Positions 43,559 through 52,707 of a DNA stretch of 64,000 nt are shown one piece after another. Numbering within the stretch: the stretch's first letter is position 1; each line of letters starts with the position of its first letter. The notes beneath the pieces were generated by a model. That model was given only the letters and a program-made list of their open reading frames with translations, did not search any database and was not told the DNA's origin. The stretch is from NCBI GenBank assembly GCA_018064365.1, contig JAGHVJ010000011.1, forward strand, positions 13,269-77,268. The letters run 5' to 3'. The stretch comes from Candidatus Enterousia onthequi (GTDB lineage: Bacteria > Pseudomonadota > Alphaproteobacteria > Rs-D84). The position numbers were made by a program, and so were the translations under genes.

Positions 43559-44190
43559 ATTTTTCTCCTTTGTTTGCTATGCACGAGATGATTATATTCT
43601 GTTTTTTAGAATTTTATTCATACCCCTTTTTATATACTGGATATATAAAAACGGTAATTCGGGTGAATAGATTCATATAAAACATCGGTATACATGTTAG
43701 GAAATCGCCCAAAAAACAGACTAAAATCATAGAAATATATTCATGCGATAATAATTCCAGGCCCTATAAAAAATAGGATTTTGCTCTTGTTATAATATGC
43801 AAAATAAAATTATTGATGACGTCAAATATGTCTTGAAACGTATAAAACCAAGCACCAGAAAAAAATTAAAAAAATTGGATAAAAAACGCTTGCGTGGAAT
43901 ACGATAAATTTTCTAAAATTGATGTAAAGAACAGGTGGTGAAAACCAAATGTTCGGGGTTGTGATAGGCCCTGTGGTATGCTCGGCGCGGTTGTACGTGT
44001 CGTTACAGATTGTATTTACACATATGCATTTGATTGGCATTTGTGTATATTTACACCGGAATTCGATTCGGTGTGCGTTTGAACAGATATCATTTGTAAA
44101 ATGGTTGATATCTGGGCATATCATGGTATTTATTACAAATTCCTGAATAATTGTGTTTAACACCTGTCAAAGGGAAAGGACAGGGAAGAT

Positions 44191-46071
44191 ATGAGAAAAA
44201 CATTATTTGGATTGGTTGGGTTATGCGGAATATTGTTCGCATTACCGGCAATGGCTACGCTCCCTGCAGGATATACCGAATTGGAATATATTGAAAGCAC
44301 AGGAACACAGTATATCAAAACATCCTTGAAAGCCTCTGATGGTGACGTTACAGTTGTTGCAAAATGGACACCAACAAATTTTGATAACCTTTCTCAATAC
44401 GCATGTGTATTTGGTGCCAATTCTAATTTTCAGGCTGGATACAATTCAAGTGGCACAGCAAATATTGGCAACGCATCATCTTCTGGTCGCTTTTTCTATT
44501 TAGATACTCCTGTTAATATTATGGCTGTATTATCAACTGACGCATCTCGTGGGACATACTATGTTGGGGGTACTGACACAGGGTTAAAACGCGCTTCATC
44601 TGTTAGCTTTACATATATATTTGCAGCATACAATAGCGGAAGTGTTTCATATTATGCTACTGGAAAATTATATAAATTTTATGCAATCAGAAGTAATGCA
44701 AAAATTATGAATTTGGTTCCTGCACAAAATTCTTCTGGTGTGGTCGGCATGTACGATACTGTTACCAATACTTTCTTTACAAATTCTGGGACAGGTGAAT
44801 TTATCGCAGGGCCGATTGCTGGCATAAAGATTGCGACGACCAAAATGGTTGATGATGAATTTGCGGTGGCGGAGGCGAATTTAGCGGCGACGGTTCAAAC
44901 AATTGAAAGTGTTGTTAGTCGCACAATATCCCAGACCGGACAAATTCAAGTATTGCAAGACACAAAACAAACCAGACCAGATGAAACTTGTCCACCCTAT
45001 CGTCAATGTTTATTGGTTGAAGACGAACAAGATGTCCCACATTGGTATGTGATTATTGATCCATTCCGCGATTTTGCAGCACCAATTATAGCAAACAACG
45101 TTGCGCCAATCAGTACTACGAGCGATGTTGGGTATACACAATTAGAGTATATCGCTTCTAGTGGTTCCCAGTATATTGATACAGGTATTGCTGTCAACAC
45201 TTTAACAACCCCTACTATTGAAACCGAATTTACTACGACAGATTCAGGAGATAGAGATTTTTTTGGCACAACAGCAAACTCACCTGAGACAATTCTTTAT
45301 AATGTAGCGATGTCTGGTGGCAATCTTTACATCAGATGGGGTAGCACGTCTGGACGTAGTTTTTCTGGGACAACATCTTTTTTAAACTTTACCAATGGCT
45401 TTCATAAATTAAAAATTACAGGAACGACAACTGCCGAAATTTATGTAGACAATGTAAAGCAACTAACAGCAACTTCAGGCTTTTCCGGTTTCAGCAACAC
45501 ACAAACTATTAATATCTTCCGAGGAAGAAACAATCCGTCGAATGCTAAGTTTAAAAGTTTTACAATAACAAATGCAAATACAATCCTATTTAATGGTATT
45601 CCCGCTCGTCGCAACACCGATAATAAAATAGGCATGTACGACACAGTGTCAGGAAGATTTTTTGAAAATGCTGGGAGCGGAACATTTACAGCCGGTCCAG
45701 CAGTTGCAAACACAGATATACCTGCTATCCCAACATGGTCTGCCACATGGGCGACAGATGCAACCAAAGGCGTTGTTGCAGGTAATGCGTATGGAGAAGG
45801 TTTGTGTAATGCAACATCAGAAACAACGATTGGTGCAATTGCAACTGCTATACAATTATCCAATACAAATTGGGCAACGGACGGATCACATTGCTGGTGC
45901 AGAATTACAGGTATTAAGGTTGACGGCACTCACTCTATAGCAAACACACAAAATTGGGTCAAAGCAACAACTTTCTCTTCGCAAGTAAATTGTGACACTG
46001 ATTGTGCAAGCAGTTGTAGTAATTATATATCAACAGAAACAGCATTTCGATCAGCGATGTTAAATATATGA
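44191..46071 (+). CDS. secreted paralogue A: two tandem (L)PxGYT-LEYI domains with the family C-terminal module in the middle
   Basis: Signal peptide MRKTLFGLVGLCGILFALPAMA. Domain starts at LPAGYTELEYIESTGTQYI and again at GYTQLEYIASSGSQYI. The internal module IKIATTKMVDDEF...PHWYVII corresponds to the C-terminal ends of paralogues B and C. Confidence 0.6.
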   Translation: MRKTLFGLVGLCGILFALPAMATLPAGYTELEYIESTGTQYIKTSLKASDGDVTVVAKWTPTNFDNLSQYACVFGANSNFQAGYNSSGTANIGNASSSGRFFYLDTPVNIMAVLSTDASRGTYYVGGTDTGLKRASSVSFTYIFAAYNSGSVSYYATGKLYKFYAIRSNAKIMNLVPAQNSSGVVGMYDTVTNTFFTNSGTGEFIAGPIAGIKIATTKMVDDEFAVAEANLAATVQTIESVVSRTISQTGQIQVLQDTKQTRPDETCPPYRQCLLVEDEQDVPHWYVIIDPFRDFAAPIIANNVAPISTTSDVGYTQLEYIASSGSQYIDTGIAVNTLTTPTIETEFTTTDSGDRDFFGTTANSPETILYNVAMSGGNLYIRWGSTSGRSFSGTTSFLNFTNGFHKLKITGTTTAEIYVDNVKQLTATSGFSGFSNTQTINIFRGRNNPSNAKFKSFTITNANTILFNGIPARRNTDNKIGMYDTVSGRFFENAGSGTFTAGPAVANTDIPAIPTWSATWATDATKGVVAGNAYGEGLCNATSETTIGAIATAIQLSNTNWATDGSHCWCRITGIKVDGTHSIANTQNWVKATTFSSQVNCDTDCASSCSNYISTETAFRSAMLNI

Positions 46072-46105
46072 CACCCTTTGTAAGACAAACAAAAAGGTAA
46101 AAGTA

Positions 46106-46960
46106 ATGAAAAGATTATTATTTGTATTATTCGGATTGTATGGGATGTTATTTGTGATACCTGCATGGTCAGCAAATAATTTGCCAGCTGGATATACAGA
46201 ATTAGAATATCTTGAAGCCACTGGTACACAATATATTAATTTAGGCACCTTATCCAACGGTAGTGTTGAAGTAACTTTTAGTCCAACCAGATTAACCGGC
46301 GACGCATCAGGAAATGAATACGATGGTATTTTAGGCATAAATTCTGCACCACAATTGGGATGGTTTACAACAGGTTGGACAATTGGTAATGCAGGCAGCA
46401 CCAAACCATATAAGCCAGAAATCGGTAAAGTATACACATATAAATGGACTGCCAGTGACGGTAAATCGTACATTGACAATATTCCAACAGGCCTAACTAG
46501 AACAGGTACCTTGACTCTTAAGTTATTTTGGACTGCTGATAATAGCAAACCCTCTAAATGTTATGGCTATAGGCAATATAATTCTGATGGTGTTTTACAG
46601 GTTAATTTAATCCCTGCGCGTTATGATAATGACGGAACACTTGGAATGTATGATACTATTTCTGGGACATTTTTTGATAATGATGGGACTGGTAATTTTA
46701 TTGCGGGTCCAGATGCCATTATAAAAATTGCAACAACAAAGATGGTTGACGAAGAATTTGCAGCGGCGGAGGCGAATTTAGCGGCGACGGTTCAAACGAT
46801 TGAAAGTGTTGTTAGTCGCACAATAACCCAGACCGAACAAATTGCGGCTTTGCAAGCCGAAAAACAAACGCGCCCAGATGAAAGTTGCCCTGCGAATAAA
46901 AAATGTTTATTAGTTGAAGACGAGCAAGGGTTTCCGCATTGGTATGAAATTATTGAATAA
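46106..46960 (+). CDS. secreted paralogue B
   Basis: Signal peptide, LPAGYTELEYLEATGTQYI, and C-terminal module IKIATTKMVDEEF...CPANKKCLLVEDEQGFPHWYEIIE. Confidence 0.6.
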   Translation: MKRLLFVLFGLYGMLFVIPAWSANNLPAGYTELEYLEATGTQYINLGTLSNGSVEVTFSPTRLTGDASGNEYDGILGINSAPQLGWFTTGWTIGNAGSTKPYKPEIGKVYTYKWTASDGKSYIDNIPTGLTRTGTLTLKLFWTADNSKPSKCYGYRQYNSDGVLQVNLIPARYDNDGTLGMYDTISGTFFDNDGTGNFIAGPDAIIKIATTKMVDEEFAAAEANLAATVQTIESVVSRTITQTEQIAALQAEKQTRPDESCPANKKCLLVEDEQGFPHWYEIIE

Positions 46961-46995
46961 TCATGTCGTATAATAACAAACAAGGAATAAAAAAT

Positions 46996-47862
46996 ATGAA
47001 AAAATATTTATTAGGATTACTGGCTATATTCTTTGTATTACCAGCGATAGCATCATTACCAGATGGTTATACGGAATTAGAATATATTGAATCTACTGGC
47101 ACACAATATATTAGTTCATTTTTAAACACTTCTGGGGGAGATGTTACAATTGTTACAAAGTTTGTTCCAACACGTTTTGATAATCTTGATGATTATGCAT
47201 GTGTATTTGGGGTAGACAGCAATTTTCAAGCTGGCTACCGTAAAAACGGTACGGCTTACATTGGAAATGCAGCATCCAGTAATAGTTTTTTTAGTCTCAA
47301 CACCCCTGTTATCATTACAGGTGTGTTGTCCTCTAATTTAGAACGAGGAACTTATTATGTTAATGGGCTTAACACAGGATTGAAACGCACAGTATCTGGA
47401 TATAACGCATATATATTTGCTGCAAATCGCCAAAATGTCGCAAACCATTTTGCTACAGGTAAAATGTATAAATTTTCTGCTACAAAAAATAATGAAGAAA
47501 TTATGAATTTAATTCCTGCGCAGAACTCTTCTGGCATTGTCGGTATGTTTGATACTGTTACCAACACTTTCTTTACAAATTCTGGGACAGGTGAATTTAT
47601 TGCAGGGCCAGAAGTTATTATAAAAATTGCAACAACAAAGATGGTGGATGATGAATTTGCGGCGGCGGAGGCAAAATTAGCAACAACGGTTCAAACGATT
47701 GAAAGTGTTGTATCGCGCACGATATCCCAAACTGGGCAGATTCAGGTATTGCAAGACACAAAACAAACGCGACCAGACGAAAGTTGTCCTGCGAATAAAA
47801 AATGTTTATTGGTTGAGGACGAACAAGGCATTCCCCATTGGTATGAAATTATAGAGCCATAA
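46996..47862 (+). CDS. secreted paralogue C
   Basis: Start at MKKYLLGLLAIFFVLPAIA (ATG at 46996, upstream AAGGA). LPDGYTELEYIESTGTQYI and the same C-terminal module. Confidence 0.6.
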   Translation: MKKYLLGLLAIFFVLPAIASLPDGYTELEYIESTGTQYISSFLNTSGGDVTIVTKFVPTRFDNLDDYACVFGVDSNFQAGYRKNGTAYIGNAASSNSFFSLNTPVIITGVLSSNLERGTYYVNGLNTGLKRTVSGYNAYIFAANRQNVANHFATGKMYKFSATKNNEEIMNLIPAQNSSGIVGMFDTVTNTFFTNSGTGEFIAGPEVIIKIATTKMVDDEFAAAEAKLATTVQTIESVVSRTISQTGQIQVLQDTKQTRPDESCPANKKCLLVEDEQGIPHWYEIIEP

Positions 47863-47900
47863 CTCATGGCTTTGTTATCTTGATAGTTTCTACATCAAAT

Positions 47901-47927
47901 AAAAAACCGACATATGTCGGTTTTTTA
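47901..47927. terminator. bidirectional rho-independent terminator
   Basis: AAAAAACCGACATATGTCGGTTTTTT lies between convergent genes. Confidence 0.7.
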
Positions 47928-47952
47928 TTGTGCATAGAACAAAAGATTTTTT

Positions 47953-48282
47953 TTATTTAGATTGGATTTCTTTAACTGTGACCTTGAACACAACCTCGTG
48001 TCCTGCCAATTCTGGAACATAATTATCTGGGAAACGGATATTCACATCGCGTTGTTCACCAACATTTGCACCAATCAATTGTTCTTCAAAGCCCGGAACA
48101 AATTGGCCACTACCCAAAACCAATGGATAATTTTCTGCGGTACCACCAGCAAATTGAACACCGTTATCAAAACCAGCAAAATCAATTACAACCGTATCAC
48201 CATTTTTTGCCCCGGCGTTCGAATCGCATGCCGCCAATGTGATTGCCCCAAAAATACCCATAATAGATACTAATTTTTTCAT
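47953..48282 (-). CDS. FKBP-type peptidyl-prolyl isomerase lipoprotein (trigger-factor PPIase-domain-like)
   Basis: Lipobox LAAC. GDTVVIDFAGFDNGVQFAGGTAENYPLVLGSGQFVPGFEEQLIG...VFKVTVKEI follows the trigger-factor/FKBP PPIase pattern. Confidence 0.7.
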   Translation of the reverse strand: MKKLVSIMGIFGAITLAACDSNAGAKNGDTVVIDFAGFDNGVQFAGGTAENYPLVLGSGQFVPGFEEQLIGANVGEQRDVNIRFPDNYVPELAGHEVVFKVTVKEIQSK

Positions 48283-48327
48283 TTTCTTTCCTTTTTTGTT
48301 AGTCTGTTTTGTTTAAGTTGAATCTGT

Positions 48328-48885
48328 TTATTTTTTCGTTTTGCCATAGACGCAACGAAATCCGTATTCACGCATGGTGGGACCTTCGGCCTCTACCCTG
48401 TAATCAAAGAACGGGGTTGGACGCATAACCTCGAACGAAGGTTCATCATACACGACCATAATATTTTCAACATTACGTCCACAAACGCGTTTCATTTCAT
48501 AATCTGCGACATGCGACAATACAGAACGTGCATCGCCGTCAATATCCATACCATCAGCACTTTGAATCATACGCAAACGCATACGGCGCAATTCACTGTT
48601 GCCCAATAAAATCTGAACGCGCACCATCGCGCCATGATATTCTTGCCAACGGGTTTCCATACGCGAAGAATTCCATAATTGGTTTGATTCTTCCTTTTCA
48701 GCATCCGTCAATGGACGAACCGAATCGATTTCAGCATATTCGTTCGAAGAATCCATAAATTCAGACGTGCGTTCATTATAATACGGGGCATCCGCGCCGC
48801 CATTTGCATAATCGTCCGAATTATATGTGTTCATGCAAGCCGCCAAAAACGGCACCGCACACAAAAATAGCAATGATTTTTTCAT
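48328..48885 (-). CDS. putative lipoprotein
   Basis: Start moved to MKKSLLFLCAVPFLAAC (ATG at 48885, lipobox). The longer ORF-track version would overlap the divergent virB11-like gene. Confidence 0.55.
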   Translation of the reverse strand: MKKSLLFLCAVPFLAACMNTYNSDDYANGGADAPYYNERTSEFMDSSNEYAEIDSVRPLTDAEKEESNQLWNSSRMETRWQEYHGAMVRVQILLGNSELRRMRLRMIQSADGMDIDGDARSVLSHVADYEMKRVCGRNVENIMVVYDEPSFEVMRPTPFFDYRVEAEGPTMREYGFRCVYGKTKK

Positions 48886-48971
48886 TTCTTTTTCTCTTTC
48901 TCTGATATTGTTGATTCTAACAAATAAACTATTTTGATTCAAGAGGCGATTTATGATAAAATTAAAATAAA

Positions 48972-49931
48972 ATGACAAATATAGTTCTGGAATCTTTATT
49001 AAAACCATTGGCGGAATTTTATACTCCGTCTTTTGTAGAAGAAATCGCTATCAATCACGCCGGCCAAGTGTGGATGCGTTTGCACGGTGCGCGCGTGCCG
49101 TGGGTTGCGTATAACGCGCCACAATTGACCAAGCAATATCTGGTGGATTTAATTCACACAATTGCGAATATTTACGAGCAACCCTTTGACCCGTATCATG
49201 GTGTGCCGGTGGTTTATGCTGCCCTGCCCGGCAGTCATAGATTTTCTGGGATTGCGGGGCCAAATGTGCAATATGACGATAACGATTTGACAGGTGGCGT
49301 CGCAATGAGCATTCGTGGCGGTGGTGCGGTGGATACCAGTTTTGAAAACTATCATTTAGAACGCGGAAAACAGTTATTAAAGGTTAAACCACGCGAAAAA
49401 GTTCGCCCTGATGACCCGTATGACCGGTTGATGCACGCAATCAGCGATGGCAGTCCTATTTTGATTAGTGGTGCAACCGCAACTGGGAAAACAACATTTT
49501 TGAATCATATGCTGACTTTGATTGATAAAAATGCGCGTGTGATTACAGTCGAAGATTCTCGGGAAATTCGTGTTCCCCAGGCAAATCGAGTTCATTTTGT
49601 ATTATCGCGCACAGAACAAAACAATGATTTTGATTATCCCAGATTGTTGGACTTGGTTGTTCGTATGACACCTGATGTTATTATCGGTGGCGAAATTTCA
49701 ACAAGTAATGCATCTGTGTTGTGGGAAATGTTGGGCACAGGACACGACCATTTTTACACGACAATTCACGCAGAATCGGCCGAGGCCGCATACGCCGCGT
49801 TTGCAGACAGAATTTTACATACTCAACCGGCATATAATCGCGCAGATTTAATCAGTGAAATGAAACAAAAAATCCGCGTTGTTCAATTATCGCGTGACGG
49901 GTCTTTGCGCGCCGTGACCGAGGTTGTATAA
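48972..49931 (+). CDS. virB11: VirB11/TrbB-like secretion ATPase (orphan)
   Basis: Walker A SGATATGKTTFLN, ITVEDSREI, PDVIIGGEIS and TTIHAES (His box). 319 aa. Confidence 0.65.
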   Translation: MTNIVLESLLKPLAEFYTPSFVEEIAINHAGQVWMRLHGARVPWVAYNAPQLTKQYLVDLIHTIANIYEQPFDPYHGVPVVYAALPGSHRFSGIAGPNVQYDDNDLTGGVAMSIRGGGAVDTSFENYHLERGKQLLKVKPREKVRPDDPYDRLMHAISDGSPILISGATATGKTTFLNHMLTLIDKNARVITVEDSREIRVPQANRVHFVLSRTEQNNDFDYPRLLDLVVRMTPDVIIGGEISTSNASVLWEMLGTGHDHFYTTIHAESAEAAYAAFADRILHTQPAYNRADLISEMKQKIRVVQLSRDGSLRAVTEVV

Positions 49932-50003
49932 ATATCTGCTTGATTGTTGAAAAAAATATGCTAGTTTTCTTGTATATCATCCCAAAACCAAAAGGAGTTA
50001 GTT

Positions 50004-50414
50004 ATGGGTAGTTGTGAGTATGCGGATAAACTGACTTATATTGAAACATCTATCAAATATGCTTTGGAATCAAAACATATTATCGATAGGGATGGTAAAA
50101 TTTTAAACCTTGCTCTGTATCGTCAAGAAATTCAAAATGCGATTGAGGCTCGCGAAAAAAACTTGGCTCAATATGTATCCCCCAATAGTGTTGTCAAATC
50201 CAGAAATGAATACAATGTTATATCTAGTGAAATAAATTACTTGAACGATATTATCACACACACACAATATGTTGACACAGCCCAAGAACACCCTGAATTT
50301 GTTATTGACCCCGTGCAAACTAATCCTATAAGATTCACGCTAAAAGGATTAAAACAAGATTTGTTGATGTTACGCAACAAATTGTGTAAAAAATTTAATC
50401 AAAAAACAAAATAA
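50004..50414 (+). CDS. hypothetical protein
   Basis: 136-aa ORF with a good terminator after the stop. No motif. Confidence 0.45.
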   Translation: MGSCEYADKLTYIETSIKYALESKHIIDRDGKILNLALYRQEIQNAIEAREKNLAQYVSPNSVVKSRNEYNVISSEINYLNDIITHTQYVDTAQEHPEFVIDPVQTNPIRFTLKGLKQDLLMLRNKLCKKFNQKTK

Positions 50415-50415
50415 T

Positions 50416-50440
50416 AAAAACCCGATATTTCGGGTTTTTT
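50416..50440. terminator. bidirectional rho-independent terminator shared with priA
   Basis: AAAAACCCGATATTTCGGGTTTTTT. It abuts the priA stop at 50439-50441. Confidence 0.7.
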
Positions 50441-52637
50441 ACATAAAGTTTTGTGGATTCACATCTATTTTAATTCTAATATTTGCAGGGATACGCACGC
50501 CGGACAACCAATGTTTTACCACTGGTTGTAAATTCGCAAATTCGTCGCCGGCAATTAAAAATCGCATACGATACCATGACCTGATTTGATAAATTTGCGC
50601 CGCGATTGGCCCCAGAATTTTTCCGCCATTTAATTTCGGTGCTGTTGCCGCCAATGTGTCACAAAAAGATTTTAATGTTTGTTCTTTTTCACCTTCGATA
50701 ATCAAAGCAATCAGTTGACCAAATGGCGGCATTTTTGCAACCCGACGCGCCGCCATATCTGTGTTCATAAAACTATCGCGGTCGCATGCGCAAATCGCGT
50801 TAAACACCGGATTATCGGGCTGATATGTTTGTAATAAAACACGACCAGGAAATTCGCCACGGCCCGCACGACCTGCGACTTGGAATAATTGTTGAAATGT
50901 GTGTTCGGGGGCGCGAAAATCTGTGCCAAACAATCCCATATCGGCATCAACTACACCAACCAAAGTCAAATTTGGGAAATGGTGACCTTTGGCCAAAATT
51001 TGTGTTCCAATGACGATGTCTATGTTGCCGTTTTCCATGTCGCACACCAATCTTTCCAATGTTTGACGCGTCATAATTGTATCACTGGACACCAATGCAG
51101 TTTTTGCATTTGGAAAACGACTGTGAACTTCTTGCTCTATCCTTTCCAGACCCGCACCAAACATAGAAATATCATTTCCACATTCTGGACATTTCTGTGG
51201 TAAAGTCATTGTGCGTCCACACATATGGCATAATAATTTACCAACTCGCTTGTGATATGTCATACCAACAGAACAATCTGGACACATCGCAACCCAACCA
51301 CACTTCTTGCATTGTGTTATGGGCGCAAACCCACGGCGATTTATAAACAACATAACCTGTTGATTGGCAGATAGTGTTTCATTTATTGCGTCGTACAATA
51401 CAGGCGATAAATTCCCGTGTTGTGGTGTATCTGAATCTGGCAAAACATAATCCGTGGGTTTAGATTCGCGCAAATCTATGGTTGAAATTTTTGGTAATTG
51501 CGCCCCGCCAAAACGTGATTTCAATTTTAATATTTTATATTTTCCAACATCAACATTATGTAATGTTTCCGCAGACGGAGTCGCAGATGCCAGCACCACT
51601 GGAAAACCAGAAATTTTTGCACGCAAAATCGCCATGTCGCGCGCATGATAATTGCCCATATCTTCTTGTTTATAAGATGTGTCGTGTTCTTCGTCAATCA
51701 CAATCAAGCCTAAATCTTGCCATGGCAAAAACAGGGCACTGCGCGTGCCGACAACGATTCTGATTTTTTTATTTAATACACCACGCCAAATTTCACGCCG
51801 GCGCGCCGCCGTCAGATTAGAATGCCATACAACCGGTGGCGCACCAAATCTGTTCAAAAATCGAGTCATAAATTGCGCCGTCAATGCGATTTCTGGCATC
51901 ATCAACAATACAGATTTACCCGCATTATATGCACGCAAAACAGAATCAAAATAAACCTGGGTTTTACCACTGCCGGTAATACCGTCCAATAAATGCACAG
52001 AAAACCCACCGTTATCCAATGCTGCACCAATTGCGTTTGCCGCCGCCGATTGTTCATTATTCAAAACGACATTACCTGTATCATGGTATGTAAAATCAAA
52101 TTCGTTGTTTTCTATAATTTTTTTATCGCACAATGTTAAAACACTTTTTTTAATCATTGTGTTTATAACCGCCAGACTGACATGCGATATATTCCGCAAA
52201 TCGTTTATTGTCATTGCTGTATTATCATTTGATTCATACGCGTCCATAACACGTTGACGAGATTCTGTCATTTTGGCAGATATATCAAAGTTAAAATTAT
52301 ACAATGGTTCTGTTTTTGGTGGCAAAAATGCGTCTGGGACATTTATTATTAAACGCAATACCGCCCCCGGTGTCATCAATGTCCAATTCGACATTTTCTG
52401 AATCCATAACAAATCATTGTCTGATAGTTTTTGCGGATATATTTCAGACACATTTTTGATTTTTTGTGGTTCCAGTCCACTGTCCCCAAAGCCAAATATA
52501 ACACCGATATATGGACGATTCATAACAGATACACGCACAAATTGTCCAATATCTGCATCTGCCGTTAAACGATAGTCGTATCCGGTGTTGATAACATTTG
52601 GAATTAAAACTTTTACGATTGTGTCTTTTGCAAACAT
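50439..52637 (-). CDS. priA: primosomal replication-restart helicase PriA
   Basis: Walker A GITGSGKTQVY, DEEH (VIDEEHD), and the Cys4-type zinc region CKKCGWVAMCPDC...CHMCG...CPECG. Confidence 0.9.
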   Translation of the reverse strand: MFAKDTIVKVLIPNVINTGYDYRLTADADIGQFVRVSVMNRPYIGVIFGFGDSGLEPQKIKNVSEIYPQKLSDNDLLWIQKMSNWTLMTPGAVLRLIINVPDAFLPPKTEPLYNFNFDISAKMTESRQRVMDAYESNDNTAMTINDLRNISHVSLAVINTMIKKSVLTLCDKKIIENNEFDFTYHDTGNVVLNNEQSAAANAIGAALDNGGFSVHLLDGITGSGKTQVYFDSVLRAYNAGKSVLLMMPEIALTAQFMTRFLNRFGAPPVVWHSNLTAARRREIWRGVLNKKIRIVVGTRSALFLPWQDLGLIVIDEEHDTSYKQEDMGNYHARDMAILRAKISGFPVVLASATPSAETLHNVDVGKYKILKLKSRFGGAQLPKISTIDLRESKPTDYVLPDSDTPQHGNLSPVLYDAINETLSANQQVMLFINRRGFAPITQCKKCGWVAMCPDCSVGMTYHKRVGKLLCHMCGRTMTLPQKCPECGNDISMFGAGLERIEQEVHSRFPNAKTALVSSDTIMTRQTLERLVCDMENGNIDIVIGTQILAKGHHFPNLTLVGVVDADMGLFGTDFRAPEHTFQQLFQVAGRAGRGEFPGRVLLQTYQPDNPVFNAICACDRDSFMNTDMAARRVAKMPPFGQLIALIIEGEKEQTLKSFCDTLAATAPKLNGGKILGPIAAQIYQIRSWYRMRFLIAGDEFANLQPVVKHWLSGVRIPANIRIKIDVNPQNFM

Positions 52638-52707
52638 ACCAATAAAATACTTGTTTTTTTTATAAAATTCAATACCATTTGTGTGAAATAAATCTGGGGT
52701 ATTATTT

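Noticed and set aside
43822-44163. 113-aa minus-strand ORF in the long intergenic region upstream of the paralogue family
   Set aside because: It is Cys- and Ile-rich nonsense-like sequence with no RBS and overlaps the operator-like inverted repeats. It is probably noncoding regulatory DNA.
45441-46548. 162-aa minus-strand ORFs overlapping paralogues A and B
   Set aside because: They are antisense to ORFs that have signal peptides and conserved family motifs, so they are shadow ORFs.
44191-47862. Paralogue family as prophage tail fibres
   Set aside because: There are no phage structural, packaging or lysis genes nearby, and each protein has a Sec-type signal peptide, which tail fibres lack. 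I kept it as an unassigned secreted family rather than calling it a prophage.
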